The notes under the pieces are model-generated. The model did no database searches. It worked only from the letters and a program-made list of their open reading frames with translations, and was not told the DNA's origin. The translations under genes were made by a program, and so were the position numbers. DNA of 52,638 bases from Patescibacteria group bacterium. Lineage in GTDB: Bacteria > Patescibacteriota > Patescibacteriia > SCPX01. Position 1 is the first letter of the stretch. The number at the start of each line of letters is the position of its first letter. The stretch spans positions 1 through 52,638 of the forward strand of contig SCPX01000059.1 of NCBI GenBank assembly GCA_004298615.1, given 5' to 3'. This document shows, one piece after another, positions 36,877 through 46,941 of the stretch.

Positions 36877-37041
36877 TCGGACGGGGAGATGTCGCCAAGT
36901 ATCTCGTGCGGAAAGCCTGCCCCGTAATCGGCTTTGCCGTACTATCGGGGATTTGATTTTCATAAAAATATTTTACCCGCCCTCGCTTTCCGCCGCCGCC
37001 GAATTTAATATTTTGCTTTGCAAAATACGCCGCCTTTTTTT

Positions 37042-37581
37042 CTATTTATATTTTAATACCACAGACCCAATTCTTTTATTAATAAATATTGCATATTTAT
37101 AACGACTACTATTTTCACATTCTACCGCAATTTTTATAGGAATATTTATATCAAATTCTATCTCAGAAGTATTAACTTCTTTTAAGAAATGTTTGCAAAA
37201 TGAATCCCAATTTAACAAAGGATTGACTGATATATTTTTATCATTAACAAGTCTCCCAATGTCAGCTTTTAATTTTTTGAAATTAAATATATCATCTACA
37301 TATTTTTTAATATTGCTAAGAATTTGTTTGTTCGATTTACCTAAAATTAAATTGGGTGATTATAAAGATGATAAAAATTCAAGTGATGATTTTCTATCTA
37401 ATTTGGGGTGAACTATCCAGTTACAGTATACATACAGCGTTTCGTATTTTGAAGTTAGATTTTCATTGTCAATAATCTTGCGGGCAGTAATCAGAAAATA
37501 TACAACCTCTTGTCCGCTATTAAATAGCGAATTATTTGGTATATTTGTTCTTAAATTATCCAACAATACTTGTTTATCCAT
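37042..37581 (-). pseudogene. AT-rich hypothetical gene interrupted by an in-frame TAA at 37362-37360
   Basis: After the TAA the same frame stays open for 105 more codons (SPNLILGKSNKQILSNIKK...VLKYK) to TAG at 37044-37042. Confidence 0.72.
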
Positions 37582-37590
37582 AAATAGATT

Positions 37591-38700
37591 TTATATCCCC
37601 GATTTGGTTCGATTGTGATCCTTACATAACATTTGGCAATTCTCTGCAACCGTTTTTCCGCCTTCATGCCAAGGTTTAATATGATCGGCTTCCATTTCGG
37701 AAATATCCCATTGTTTTTTGTCTTTTTTCTGCTTTTTACAAAATGGACAAATGCCATTTTGTCGCTCGTACGCTTCGCGCTTCATTTTGTCTGTAAAGGC
37801 GCGAATTGAAAGGTGTCTTTCTTGCCCGGTCAAAACATACGGATAAATACCGGACTTTTTGGTAACATCTTCGTCTTGCATTAACTCTTTAACTTCGGCT
37901 TCCAGTTTTGTGGCATTTAACTTCTCATTTTTGAATTGGTTGCATAACTCACCCCAACTCACGCTCGCCATTTCTTTTCGATAACTGGGAAAGGTTTTTC
38001 GCACCCAAGCGATTACATCTTGGAAATAATTCCACAGCTCATCAGCTTTTTTGTCGTGCTGATGTTTGGCCATATAATCTTCTATCTTGCCGTCGTTGAT
38101 CCACGAAAGCGCGGTCTCTAAATACTCTTGCCTGATTGGCGAACCACTGACTAATTGTCCGCCGTCGTTTGCCAAAAGATATGCCGCGCAATGTGTTTTG
38201 CTAAACTTTAGTTTCGCGTCGCTCAACCACGGCCCAGTATAGACCGCATTACGGATTTCTTGGTCGGTCAATTTTTCTCCGGCAATGTTAATAATTCTAA
38301 ACCAGTCCAGCCGCTCTTTGTCTGTGCCTTCGCAGAAGTAAATCATCAGTTCATAATCCAAAATCTGTTTTTGTTCTTCGTCGGTTAGATTATGAAAAAA
38401 GCGGTCGTTCAACGAAAAATCGCCATTCACATATTGCCCGATGCTAATAGTGCGCTGTTGGCCGTCCAGTACTTCATAGCCGCCATCTTCTCTGATCATC
38501 CAATACATCACATTCAGCGGAAAGCTGTTTTTGATTGTTTCTATCACGGCATTGCGTTGCTTTTCCTTGTACACAAACTCACGCTGATATTTTGGACGAA
38601 TATCAAGTTTGCCGTCGTAAGCCACAACGCCCTCCTCGGCGCCATCTTTATAGCCAACTATTACTTTGCGGATTGTAATTTTATGCAGATCAATTTTCAT
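37591..38700 (-). CDS. DUF262 (ParB/Srx-like) plus HNH endonuclease
   Basis: RPKYQREFVY and VLDGQQR (DUF262). C-terminal CPFC...ADHIKPW..GG.T...NCQMLC..HN (HNH). Confidence 0.9.
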   Translation of the reverse strand: MKIDLHKITIRKVIVGYKDGAEEGVVAYDGKLDIRPKYQREFVYKEKQRNAVIETIKNSFPLNVMYWMIREDGGYEVLDGQQRTISIGQYVNGDFSLNDRFFHNLTDEEQKQILDYELMIYFCEGTDKERLDWFRIINIAGEKLTDQEIRNAVYTGPWLSDAKLKFSKTHCAAYLLANDGGQLVSGSPIRQEYLETALSWINDGKIEDYMAKHQHDKKADELWNYFQDVIAWVRKTFPSYRKEMASVSWGELCNQFKNEKLNATKLEAEVKELMQDEDVTKKSGIYPYVLTGQERHLSIRAFTDKMKREAYERQNGICPFCKKQKKDKKQWDISEMEADHIKPWHEGGKTVAENCQMLCKDHNRTKSGI

Positions 38701-38701
38701 A

Positions 38702-39733
38702 TTATTTTTTAACTTTCTTATTTTTTACAATAATTCTAAAATAGGTATATTTGCCATTTATTGATAAATCTTTATTATCATTGCCTTTTCTAAATCTTAC
38801 AATTTTAAACTGTTCAGGATTATATTTATCGATAAAAGTAATTGGTACGCCGATATATCCAGCATAATCATAAGGAATATCTGTGTATTTGTTTACATTA
38901 ATTGCATCATAATTATCATATTTTGGGTACTCTTCGGGTTTATATTTTTTATAAAGAGTAATGTCTTGCTTATGTTTTTCAACTTCAAGATTTGTAAATC
39001 AACACGATGTTGAAACTCGCGCAATTTTTTTGCCACTTTTGTCAATATGATGAAAATGTTCCCAATCATCTGGCACTACAAAAAACATACCAACATTAAA
39101 ATTGGTGTAGCCTGTGCGAAATTTATCTTCTTTAATTAATTTAAAAATCTCTTTATAAGTTAGAGAATTCGTGTTGCCTATAATCAAAAACTTTTTTTCA
39201 TATTCCACAAGCTGAGCGACGTATTCACGAAATAGAGAAAATGGTGGATTGGTCACGACGATATTTGCCTCCTTTAGTAATTCAATACATTCCTTGCTAC
39301 GAAAATCGCCGTTACCGCGCAGGGAGGTTGCGGTGTTTCTGTCGTGCTTTAACAGATACTCTACATCGTCAATGTTAACTGCGCCGTCGCCGTCGGTATC
39401 CGGTACTTCTTTGATTTCTATTTTAAACGGCTCTTTGCCCGATGGTTTTAGCCCCTCTACTTCAAACAACGGAAGCTGTCCACCGACAATCGGCGATTTT
39501 ACATAACTCGTCGTGATGAGTTTCTTCAATCCAAGCGCATTGAAATTAGCGGCAAAGTATTTGAAAAAATTGCTCTCAAATGGATCATCGCAATTACAAT
39601 AGACAACCTTGCCCCGAAATTGGTCCTTGTAATGTTTAAGTTCGTTTTCAATATCAACAAGCTGGGTATAAAACTCGTCTTTCTTCGCTTGGCTTGCCTT
39701 ATGTAAATTTTTATTTAAAGATTTGGTTTTCAT
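38702..39733 (-). pseudogene. EcoRI-family adenine methyltransferase with an in-frame TGA at 39001-38999
   Basis: KKDEFYT, CNCDDP..SNF, GDFRS and VVTNPPFS motifs. The frame continues C*FTNL...YPKYDNYDAINV...GVPITFIDKYNPEQF to TAA 38704-38702, 1 nt before the nuclease ATG. Confidence 0.85.
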
Positions 39734-39831
39734 AAAATTATTTAAATAATTTAGCCACCTCGCAATTATGCCGCATTGGCATAAACGGGGCGAGCCGGTG
39801 AGTTCTAGTATTTTCTTTTATTTACTATACT

Positions 39832-39862
39832 AAAAATCCACCCGAAATTCAAGCGGATTTGA
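39832..39862 (-). repeat. 31-bp direct repeat, copy 1; includes the -35 of the methyltransferase-nuclease promoter
   Basis: 27/31 identical to 40594-40624. Minus strand reads TTGAAT-17-TATAGT. Internal inverted repeat AAATCCAC/GCGGATTT. Confidence 0.7.
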
Positions 39863-39868
39863 TAATAT

Positions 39869-39897
39869 AAAACCCGCAAGCGTGAGATGCCTGCGGG
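39869..39897 (-). terminator. Probable terminator of the 39924-40457 gene
   Basis: CCCGCA.GC...GC.TGCGGG hairpin with an A-run on its left. Confidence 0.55.
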
Positions 39898-39923
39898 CGA
39901 AGCGTTGGGTCTGAAAATCGGCA

Positions 39924-40457
39924 TTAGAGCAAGCCGGCTAATCGATCGTAGAGATCGGGCAGCTTTTCGATTCGGTCCCATTTGTTTTCACGCATAATAT
40001 TGAGAATATTTTCCGCGAGAAAAAAGATAATGAGTCTGGCCGCCTCTTCATAGCTCATAACGCGCTTGATTTTATAATTTACACCGTCCCAATCCAAAAC
40101 GCGGTCAATGCCGAACACAAGTTCGTGCATCAGATTGGATTTGTTAAGCGAGGCAATAAAATCAGTCGCGTCAAGAAGCGGCGGCACTTTTTTCAAAAAC
40201 AAACTGGTATCGCTCACGGTGAAGCAGTCATCAGGCACGCCGTCTATTGCAGTCCCATGGGCCATCATATTGGCGTATAAGATATCGCCTTCATCGTCGT
40301 CGTACTCAAAATCGGCTTCTCTCAATATTCTCTTTGAAGCTTTTTGCGCGAATTCTAAAATGATATTCGCCTTGTGTTTCGATCGTTCTACGGCGCTTGT
40401 GTCTTTTGGTATACTTCGAAGCTCGGATATTAAATAGCTGATTGTCTGACTTATCAT
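39924..40457 (-). CDS. Hypothetical protein
   Basis: 177-aa ORF with AAAGGGGAAAG before the ATG, own promoter TTGACA(40589-40584)-17-TAATAT and a terminator. No motif recognised. Confidence 0.75.
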   Translation of the reverse strand: MISQTISYLISELRSIPKDTSAVERSKHKANIILEFAQKASKRILREADFEYDDDEGDILYANMMAHGTAIDGVPDDCFTVSDTSLFLKKVPPLLDATDFIASLNKSNLMHELVFGIDRVLDWDGVNYKIKRVMSYEEAARLIIFFLAENILNIMRENKWDRIEKLPDLYDRLAGLL

Positions 40458-40593
40458 GTCTTTCCCCTTTCATGTTTGTCGGTTTATTGTGTGTTTTTCT
40501 ACTCCCCAATTATCAAAAAATGATTGATTTGCAAAATTTAAAGAACTGTCCATTACCTGCATATTAGTATGTTTGTCCGCAGCTGTCAATATG

Positions 40594-40624
40594 AAAAATC
40601 CACTCCGGATTCAAGCGGATTTGA
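40594..40624 (-). repeat. 31-bp direct repeat, copy 2
   Basis: AAAAATCCACTCCGGATTCAAGCGGATTTGA. Confidence 0.7.
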
Positions 40625-40632
40625 GAGTTGAC

Positions 40633-40667
40633 AAAGAGGCGTTTTGTACAGCGCCTCGCTTTTTTTT
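40633..40667. terminator. Intrinsic terminator-like hairpin
   Basis: AAA-GAGGCG...CGCCTC-GC followed by a T-run. Confidence 0.55.
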
Positions 40668-40690
40668 GAAATCGCGCAATCCTTGCCGCA

Positions 40691-42493
40691 TTACTCGCCC
40701 AAGAATTCTCCGGATTGATGTCCCCATAATTCGGCATAAAGGCCTTTTTGCTTAATTAGATCATCGTGAGCGCCGTCTTGGATGATTTTCCCTTCTTTCA
40801 GGACAATGATTCTGTCCAGATGTTTTATGGTGGAAAGACGGTGCGCGATCACCAATACTGTTTTATTCTTCATTAATTCCAGTAAGCTTTCCTGAATGTA
40901 TTTTTCAGACTCCGAATCCAGAGAGCTCGTCGCTTCGTCCAGCAGCAATATTGAGGATTTTTTAAGCAACGCGCGGGCGATGGCGACGCGTTGCCTTTGC
41001 CCGCCGCTTAATTTAATGCCGCGCTCGCCCACCAGAGTCTGATAGCCGTGCGGCAATTTGGTTATGAATTCATCGGCATGCGCCAATTTGGCGGCTCGGA
41101 CGACATCGGCTTCCGATGCGCCGTCATTTCCATACGAAATATTTTCAAACAATGATCGGTGGAAAAGCAAAGGCTCCTGCGGCACATAAGCGATCGCGTC
41201 TCGCAAAGATGATTGGGTAATCTTGCTGATATCCTGGCCGTCTATGGCGATTTCGCCGGACTGCAAGTCAATAAACCGCAAAAGAAGTTTTACGATTGTC
41301 GTTTTGCCGCCGCCCGAAGACCCGACCAGACCGACTTTTTGCCGGCTTTTGATATCCAGATTGAATTTGTTCAAAAAAAGATTTTTCTCGTCCTGATCGC
41401 CGTCATTGTATTTGAAATTCACTTGATTGAATCGGATATCGGCATCGGTGATTTGTAGATGGCGCGCATCCGGAGCGTTTTGGACAAGAGGCGGACTGAT
41501 CAGCAATTGAGTGAATTCGGACGCTTCGCTGATGGATGATTCAATATTCCTGTAGACTTTATTAATTTCCCAAAATATTCTCGTGATCAGAGAATAATAT
41601 GAGAAGACGACAACGATTACTCCGGCCGGAAGTCCCAACCATTGCGTAAAAAAGACAGCCGCTATCAATCCCGTAACATTGGTTATAACATAAATCGGCG
41701 AAATAATCGTATCAAATTTGAGATTTTGAAAATCCGCCGCCTTTTTATATTTATCGGCATAGTCATTTGCGTAATTGCCGTAAATAGCGGACTCTTGCTT
41801 TTCTTTGGCAAACGATTTGACGGCCAAAATATTAGTCAGAGAATCGGACAATCGGCCGACCATCCGGCTTCCGGCTTCGTGGCGCATCGCGACCAATTTT
41901 GAGCGCCGGCGGACAATCGGAAGAGCAATGGCTATTGTCAGAGCAATCCAAAAAATCAATACGAAAGGAATCCAAGGGGAATATGTCCATAAAATCACAA
42001 CCGCGAATATAATCGGAAAAATATTGGTGGTGATATTGAAAAGCATGGTATCGGAAAATATTTCAAAACTCCGAGAAAACGCCATAGCTTTTTTGCTCAA
42101 TGAGCCCACGAAATTATTGGCGTAGAAATCATAATCGCGCTCCACCAGCCTTCGGAAAGCCGTTTTGCACAAATTATTTATCCCCCGCGCTTCCAGCTTG
42201 ATGAGATAATGGAGTCCGATACGCCAAAGAATTTCTCCAAAAAGCCACGATCCGCCGAGGAGCGCGATATAGACGCCGGCCGTGCTTAGCGAGATTTCAT
42301 TTTGCTCAATGAAAATATTTATAATCTTCGCCACAATCAAAGGCGGCACAAAAAATACGAATATTGAGCCGATGGCCGGAGTAAAAAATGCGGCGATTGC
42401 GATCCGGGGATGAGTCCGGTATTGCCGCCAATAATCGCTCAAGACCTGATTTACGGATTGGCGGGTAATGATTTGTTTGTTCATACTAAGCAT
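40691..42493 (-). CDS. ABC exporter with fused permease and ATPase domains
   Basis: TM domain plus GSSGGGKT, VPQE, LSGGQRQR, LLDEATSSLD and IAHRLST motifs. Confidence 0.93.
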   Translation of the reverse strand: MLSMNKQIITRQSVNQVLSDYWRQYRTHPRIAIAAFFTPAIGSIFVFFVPPLIVAKIINIFIEQNEISLSTAGVYIALLGGSWLFGEILWRIGLHYLIKLEARGINNLCKTAFRRLVERDYDFYANNFVGSLSKKAMAFSRSFEIFSDTMLFNITTNIFPIIFAVVILWTYSPWIPFVLIFWIALTIAIALPIVRRRSKLVAMRHEAGSRMVGRLSDSLTNILAVKSFAKEKQESAIYGNYANDYADKYKKAADFQNLKFDTIISPIYVITNVTGLIAAVFFTQWLGLPAGVIVVVFSYYSLITRIFWEINKVYRNIESSISEASEFTQLLISPPLVQNAPDARHLQITDADIRFNQVNFKYNDGDQDEKNLFLNKFNLDIKSRQKVGLVGSSGGGKTTIVKLLLRFIDLQSGEIAIDGQDISKITQSSLRDAIAYVPQEPLLFHRSLFENISYGNDGASEADVVRAAKLAHADEFITKLPHGYQTLVGERGIKLSGGQRQRVAIARALLKKSSILLLDEATSSLDSESEKYIQESLLELMKNKTVLVIAHRLSTIKHLDRIIVLKEGKIIQDGAHDDLIKQKGLYAELWGHQSGEFLGE

Positions 42494-42597
42494 GACTTAA
42501 TCGCTGAAAATCAAATATAGCAAAAAATCGCTTTAAATTCAAGCATTGAGATTGATTCTTCGCGGAAATTGGTATATAATTTCCCTATTGTTTTTCT

Positions 42598-43995
42598 ATG
42601 AAATTTTACAATACTCTGACGCGGAAAAAACAAATTTTTAGACCACTGAATAAATCAATGGTTGGATTTTATTCGTGCGGACCGACTATTTACAATCACG
42701 CGCATATCGGAAATTTGCGCGCTATGATTTTTTACGATTTGCTGAAAAGGACGCTTTTGTGCGGCGGATTCAAAGTCAAACACATAATGAATATTACGGA
42801 TGTGGAAGACAAGACAATCCGCGGCGCGCGCGAAATGGGCATTTCCTTGGAAAGTTTTACTGGTGCTTATGACAAATCTTTCAAGCAAAATTTGAAAGAT
42901 CTTAATATTCTCGCGCCCGACCATTATCCTTATGCCACGAATTACATCAATGAAATCATTGATTTGATTAAGAAGCTTTTGGAAAAAGGATTGGCGTATC
43001 AAGGAAAAGATGAATCCATTTATTTTGATATTTCAAAGTTTAAAAAATATGGAAAGCTGTCTCGCTTGAAATCCAGAACAATTAAGGAAGGCGCGCGCGT
43101 AGCGCTGGACGAATACGGCAAAGAGCAAGCGTCCGATTTTGTGCTGTGGAAAGCCTGGAAGCCGGAAGACGGCGATGTTTTCTGGCATTCGCCTTGGGGA
43201 AAGGGACGGCCCGGCTGGCACATTGAATGTTCGGCGATGGCGCTCAAAAATCTCGGACAAAGCTTTGATATTCACGCCGGCGCGGTAGACCTCATATTCC
43301 CCCACCACGAAAACGAGATCGCTCAAAGCGAAGGCGCGACCGGAAAGCCGTTCGTAAAATATTGGCTTCATCTTGAGCATTTGCTTATTAATAAACAAAA
43401 AATGTCAAAGTCGTTCAAAAACGATTTCAAGCTGAACGATATTATTGAGCGCGGATTCAATCCCCTGGCTTTCCGCTATCTTTGCCTTACCGCGCATTAC
43501 CGCGCCAAGCTGAATTTCACTTGGGAGTCGCTCAAAGGAGCCGAGGAATCGCTTAATAATCTTTATGATTTCGTTAACGACGAGAATAGTCAAGGAATTG
43601 ACAAAAAAGATGTTACTAAAGAAGTTAAAAAAATAGCCGCGCTTAAAAACGAATTTAAAAAAGCGCTGGACGATGATCTGGGCACCCCTCGCGCTTTAGC
43701 GGTCGCTTGGAAGTCCGTACATTTGGCTAATAAAAAGGAGATTTCAAAAAAGGCCGCCCGGGATCTGCTTTTTGATTTTGACCGAGTCTTCGGCCTCGGG
43801 CTCGCCGATCAGATAAAAAGCAAAAAAGAAGATATTCCGGAACAAGCGAAAAAATTGGCGGTTGACAGAGAACAAGCGAGAATTGAAAAAAATTTCGCCA
43901 AAGCGGATGAGATCCGGCGGCGACTTTTGAATGAATTTAAATTGCAAATTGAAGACACGCCGTCGGGCGCCAAATTAAAAAAAATAACAAACTAG
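42598..43995 (+). CDS. cysS: Cysteine--tRNA ligase
   Basis: CGPT, HIGN, GRPGWHIECSAM, FPHHENE and KMSKS motifs. Confidence 0.97.
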   Translation: MKFYNTLTRKKQIFRPLNKSMVGFYSCGPTIYNHAHIGNLRAMIFYDLLKRTLLCGGFKVKHIMNITDVEDKTIRGAREMGISLESFTGAYDKSFKQNLKDLNILAPDHYPYATNYINEIIDLIKKLLEKGLAYQGKDESIYFDISKFKKYGKLSRLKSRTIKEGARVALDEYGKEQASDFVLWKAWKPEDGDVFWHSPWGKGRPGWHIECSAMALKNLGQSFDIHAGAVDLIFPHHENEIAQSEGATGKPFVKYWLHLEHLLINKQKMSKSFKNDFKLNDIIERGFNPLAFRYLCLTAHYRAKLNFTWESLKGAEESLNNLYDFVNDENSQGIDKKDVTKEVKKIAALKNEFKKALDDDLGTPRALAVAWKSVHLANKKEISKKAARDLLFDFDRVFGLGLADQIKSKKEDIPEQAKKLAVDREQARIEKNFAKADEIRRRLLNEFKLQIEDTPSGAKLKKITN

Positions 43996-44000
43996 CGATT

Positions 44001-44429
44001 ATGATAAAGTTCTTCAATAAAATGCTTCGCAAGTCCTTTGATTATTCTTTATATTTGCTTACCCTGGCGTTTGTAAGCACAATTTTGATAGTGCGAACAT
44101 TGGTTTGGTCCGTTGAATCCCAGCACTTTCCGAATGAAATATATTTATTCATAGGCAATACGCACATCCACCACTATACTTATGGCTTTCTCATTATCAG
44201 TCTGGCGGTGATAATGATCAGCGTTATGCGCGAACTTAACCAAGTGATGCGTAATTTCTTGGCGCTTCTTTTTGGCGTCGGTTTGGCGCTGATTACCGAT
44301 GAATTCGGAATGTGGGTCGCTTTTAATAAAGACTATTGGAATCTGACAAGCAAGTTAGCGATTTTTTTAACTATCGCTATACTCTTGATCGCTTCCTGGA
44401 TACTAAGCATAAAAGAAAAAAGGCGATAG
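44001..44429 (+). CDS. Four-TM membrane protein with an HIHH motif
   Basis: HIHHY.YG and GVGLALITDEF..W motifs. Confidence 0.75.
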   Translation: MIKFFNKMLRKSFDYSLYLLTLAFVSTILIVRTLVWSVESQHFPNEIYLFIGNTHIHHYTYGFLIISLAVIMISVMRELNQVMRNFLALLFGVGLALITDEFGMWVAFNKDYWNLTSKLAIFLTIAILLIASWILSIKEKRR

Positions 44430-44430
44430 T

Positions 44431-46398
44431 TTATTTAGGCGGCGCGGCTTCGTTTTTCAATTTAAAATATTCATCAAAAATATCGCGGGCCACCGGCAAG
44501 GCCGAAACATATCCTTCCCCGCCATTCTCTACCATCACCGCGACCGCGATTTCCGGATCGGAATAAGGCGCAAAAGCGATAAACCAGCCGTGCGGATTGC
44601 CGCTCGGGGCTTCAGCCGTTCCGGTCTTGGCGGCCGCCTCGTACGATTCGCCGCTTAGAGCCCTTCCGCTGCCGGAGAGCACGGTCTGCCGCATTCCTTG
44701 GCGGACCGTATCAAGAGCCGAAGCATTGACAGATATTTTTTCCGGCTCTATTTGCCGGTTCATTTCAATTATTTTGCCGGCGCGCTGATCCAAATATCCT
44801 TTCACCAAATGCGGCTGGTAAATAATGCCGCCATTGGCAATGGCGGCTGTCACTAAAGCCATTTGCAAGGGCGTCACCAATAAGTCGCCCTGTCCGATTG
44901 AGAGATGATAAGTGTCGCCAATGTACCATTTTTCTTTTTTTACGGTTCTTTTCCAGGAAGGATCGGGTACCAGCCCGGCCGCTTCGCCCGGCACATCAAT
45001 TCCGGTTTTCTCTCCCAGGCCGAAAAGCTTCATATACGATCCGAGTTTTTCTACGCCTAATCCTTTGAAATTATCATAACCGCCGCCCACGGTGTAAAAA
45101 AATGTATTCACCGATTCGGCAATGGCTTTTTTGACATCAGTTAATCCGTGACCGCCAGCTTTCCAATCAGGAAAAAATGACGAGCCGATTCTCAATCCAC
45201 CGACGCTTAAGATAGTCGTCTTTGGCGTGATTATTCCCTCATTCAAAGCGGCCGCCGCTACCAACGGCTTGATTGTGGAACCGGACGGATAAATCCCGGA
45301 AATGGCGCGAAAAAGCAAAGGACGATCAGGACTTTGAAATAAATATGCCCGATCCTGTTCGGTTAGTCCCGTAATAAAGCTGTTATTATCGTAAGACGGC
45401 AGATTTGCCAAAGCAATTATCTCGCCGTTTTTGGGATTCAGCGCTACTGCCGATCCGGCTTTGGCGCCGACTTTCTTAATGCTGCCACTTAATGATTCAA
45501 AAGCCTTTTTCTGGACGCGCGCGTCAATCGAGGTGATTAAATCCTTGCCGGCCAGCGCCAGAGTTTCGGAAATTACTTTTTGCTCCCTTCCCATTGAATC
45601 AACTTCAATCCTTTTCCAGCCGTAAAGGCCGCGCAGATCATTTTCATAAACATATTCCAATCCGGATTTTCCAATGGAATCGGATTTCAGGTATCCGGAT
45701 TCCGCGGGCGCGTGCGGCAGTCTGTCCCATTCAGTCTGACTTAATTTTCCGATATAGCCGACAGAATGCGAAATAACTTCTTTTTCCGGATAATTCCGGC
45801 GTGCGGCGGGCAATACTTCCATGCCAGAAAAAGATCCCAAATTTTCCATCAGACTCAAAGCCGCTTGATGGCTCACTTCTTCCAGTAATACCACTGATTG
45901 GTACGACATTCGGATTTCATCTTTTTCAAAAATCTTTTCCAGCCGACCGAGAATTTCTTCTTTCGGCACTGCCAAAATGGATGATAATCTTTCAGCTGTT
46001 TCGGCGAATTTTTCCTTTTCCGGAAAATCTCCCGGAATGACAATCACTTGCTCCGCCGGAATATTTTTTGCCAATGGGATGAGATTGATATCCAGAATTT
46101 CTCCGCGTCTGGCCGGAATCACTATTTCCCTGATGCGGTTTCCTTCGGCAATGGCACGCCATTTATTTCCCTCTATAATTTGAAGTTGGGCCGTGCGAAA
46201 AATTATCGCGCCCAAAGCAATGGCGACGGCCGCAAAAACAATAATAAACCGCGAAAGGCGTACGGTTTTTGAGATGGGCTGGCGCGAATTGTGCTCCCAG
46301 ACCACATCTTCGGCTTGCACCTCGTGCCGCATCAATTTCATTTTCGTGCGTAGAGATTCTCCGATAAAATCTTCAAAAAATTTATTCTTTGATGCCAT
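44431..46398 (-). CDS. mrdA: Penicillin-binding protein 2
   Basis: STIK (SxxK), SVN and KTGT motifs. PARRGEILD dimerisation domain. Follows mreBCD. Confidence 0.93.
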   Translation of the reverse strand: MASKNKFFEDFIGESLRTKMKLMRHEVQAEDVVWEHNSRQPISKTVRLSRFIIVFAAVAIALGAIIFRTAQLQIIEGNKWRAIAEGNRIREIVIPARRGEILDINLIPLAKNIPAEQVIVIPGDFPEKEKFAETAERLSSILAVPKEEILGRLEKIFEKDEIRMSYQSVVLLEEVSHQAALSLMENLGSFSGMEVLPAARRNYPEKEVISHSVGYIGKLSQTEWDRLPHAPAESGYLKSDSIGKSGLEYVYENDLRGLYGWKRIEVDSMGREQKVISETLALAGKDLITSIDARVQKKAFESLSGSIKKVGAKAGSAVALNPKNGEIIALANLPSYDNNSFITGLTEQDRAYLFQSPDRPLLFRAISGIYPSGSTIKPLVAAAALNEGIITPKTTILSVGGLRIGSSFFPDWKAGGHGLTDVKKAIAESVNTFFYTVGGGYDNFKGLGVEKLGSYMKLFGLGEKTGIDVPGEAAGLVPDPSWKRTVKKEKWYIGDTYHLSIGQGDLLVTPLQMALVTAAIANGGIIYQPHLVKGYLDQRAGKIIEMNRQIEPEKISVNASALDTVRQGMRQTVLSGSGRALSGESYEAAAKTGTAEAPSGNPHGWFIAFAPYSDPEIAVAVMVENGGEGYVSALPVARDIFDEYFKLKNEAAPPK

Positions 46399-46407
46399 AA
46401 CCCGAAT

Positions 46408-46941
46408 TTAACGAAAAATAAAAAATCTCTCAAACAACCGCTTTTTGGCCGCGTTATGCGCCCATAAGAATAGCAGCGATAAAATTATGTTGCAAAGAAC
46501 AACGATCGGAAATATCCGGATATCAGAGAGATCGTAGACGGTTTGAGTAAAATCGGAAATCAGATTCCCCGACAATGCCGACAAAATTATCAAAGACAGG
46601 CGGTAAACGGCCGTAGCGCCGGCAATGTTTAAAATAAAAGCGGCCCAGCGATTCAATTTCAAAAGCTGATTTTTCAAAAGGTACGCGGAAAAAAGCGACG
46701 CAAAAAGAGCGGCCATCTGAATGCCCGGATCGATATTTGAGAGCATTTCTAAATATAATCCGGCGACCAAGGTCAGCCCGGCAATAAATGCCGTTTTTTT
46801 ATTGAGAAAAATCAATACGCTGAAAAAAATTACGGCTGCGTCCCACAGGCGCGGCGGTAAAAAAATCGCGGCAACCGCAAAAAGGACGGAAAAAAATACA
46901 AACGCCATTATATTTAAAATAAATTTCCGCATAAATTTCAA
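46408..46941 (-). CDS. mreD: Probable rod shape-determining protein MreD
   Basis: Polytopic membrane protein positioned between mreC and mrdA. Confidence 0.62.
   Translation of the reverse strand: MKFMRKFILNIMAFVFFSVLFAVAAIFLPPRLWDAAVIFFSVLIFLNKKTAFIAGLTLVAGLYLEMLSNIDPGIQMAALFASLFSAYLLKNQLLKLNRWAAFILNIAGATAVYRLSLIILSALSGNLISDFTQTVYDLSDIRIFPIVVLCNIILSLLFLWAHNAAKKRLFERFFIFR

Noticed and set aside
36602-37411. Plus-strand ORFs 36602-37102 and 37193-37411
   Set aside because: They overlap better-supported minus-strand genes and palindromic intergenic DNA.
38999-39001. Genome-wide TGA recoding (code 4 or 25)
   Set aside because: TGA ends def, fmt, murJ, mreC and rseP at the expected lengths, several in ATGA overlaps.
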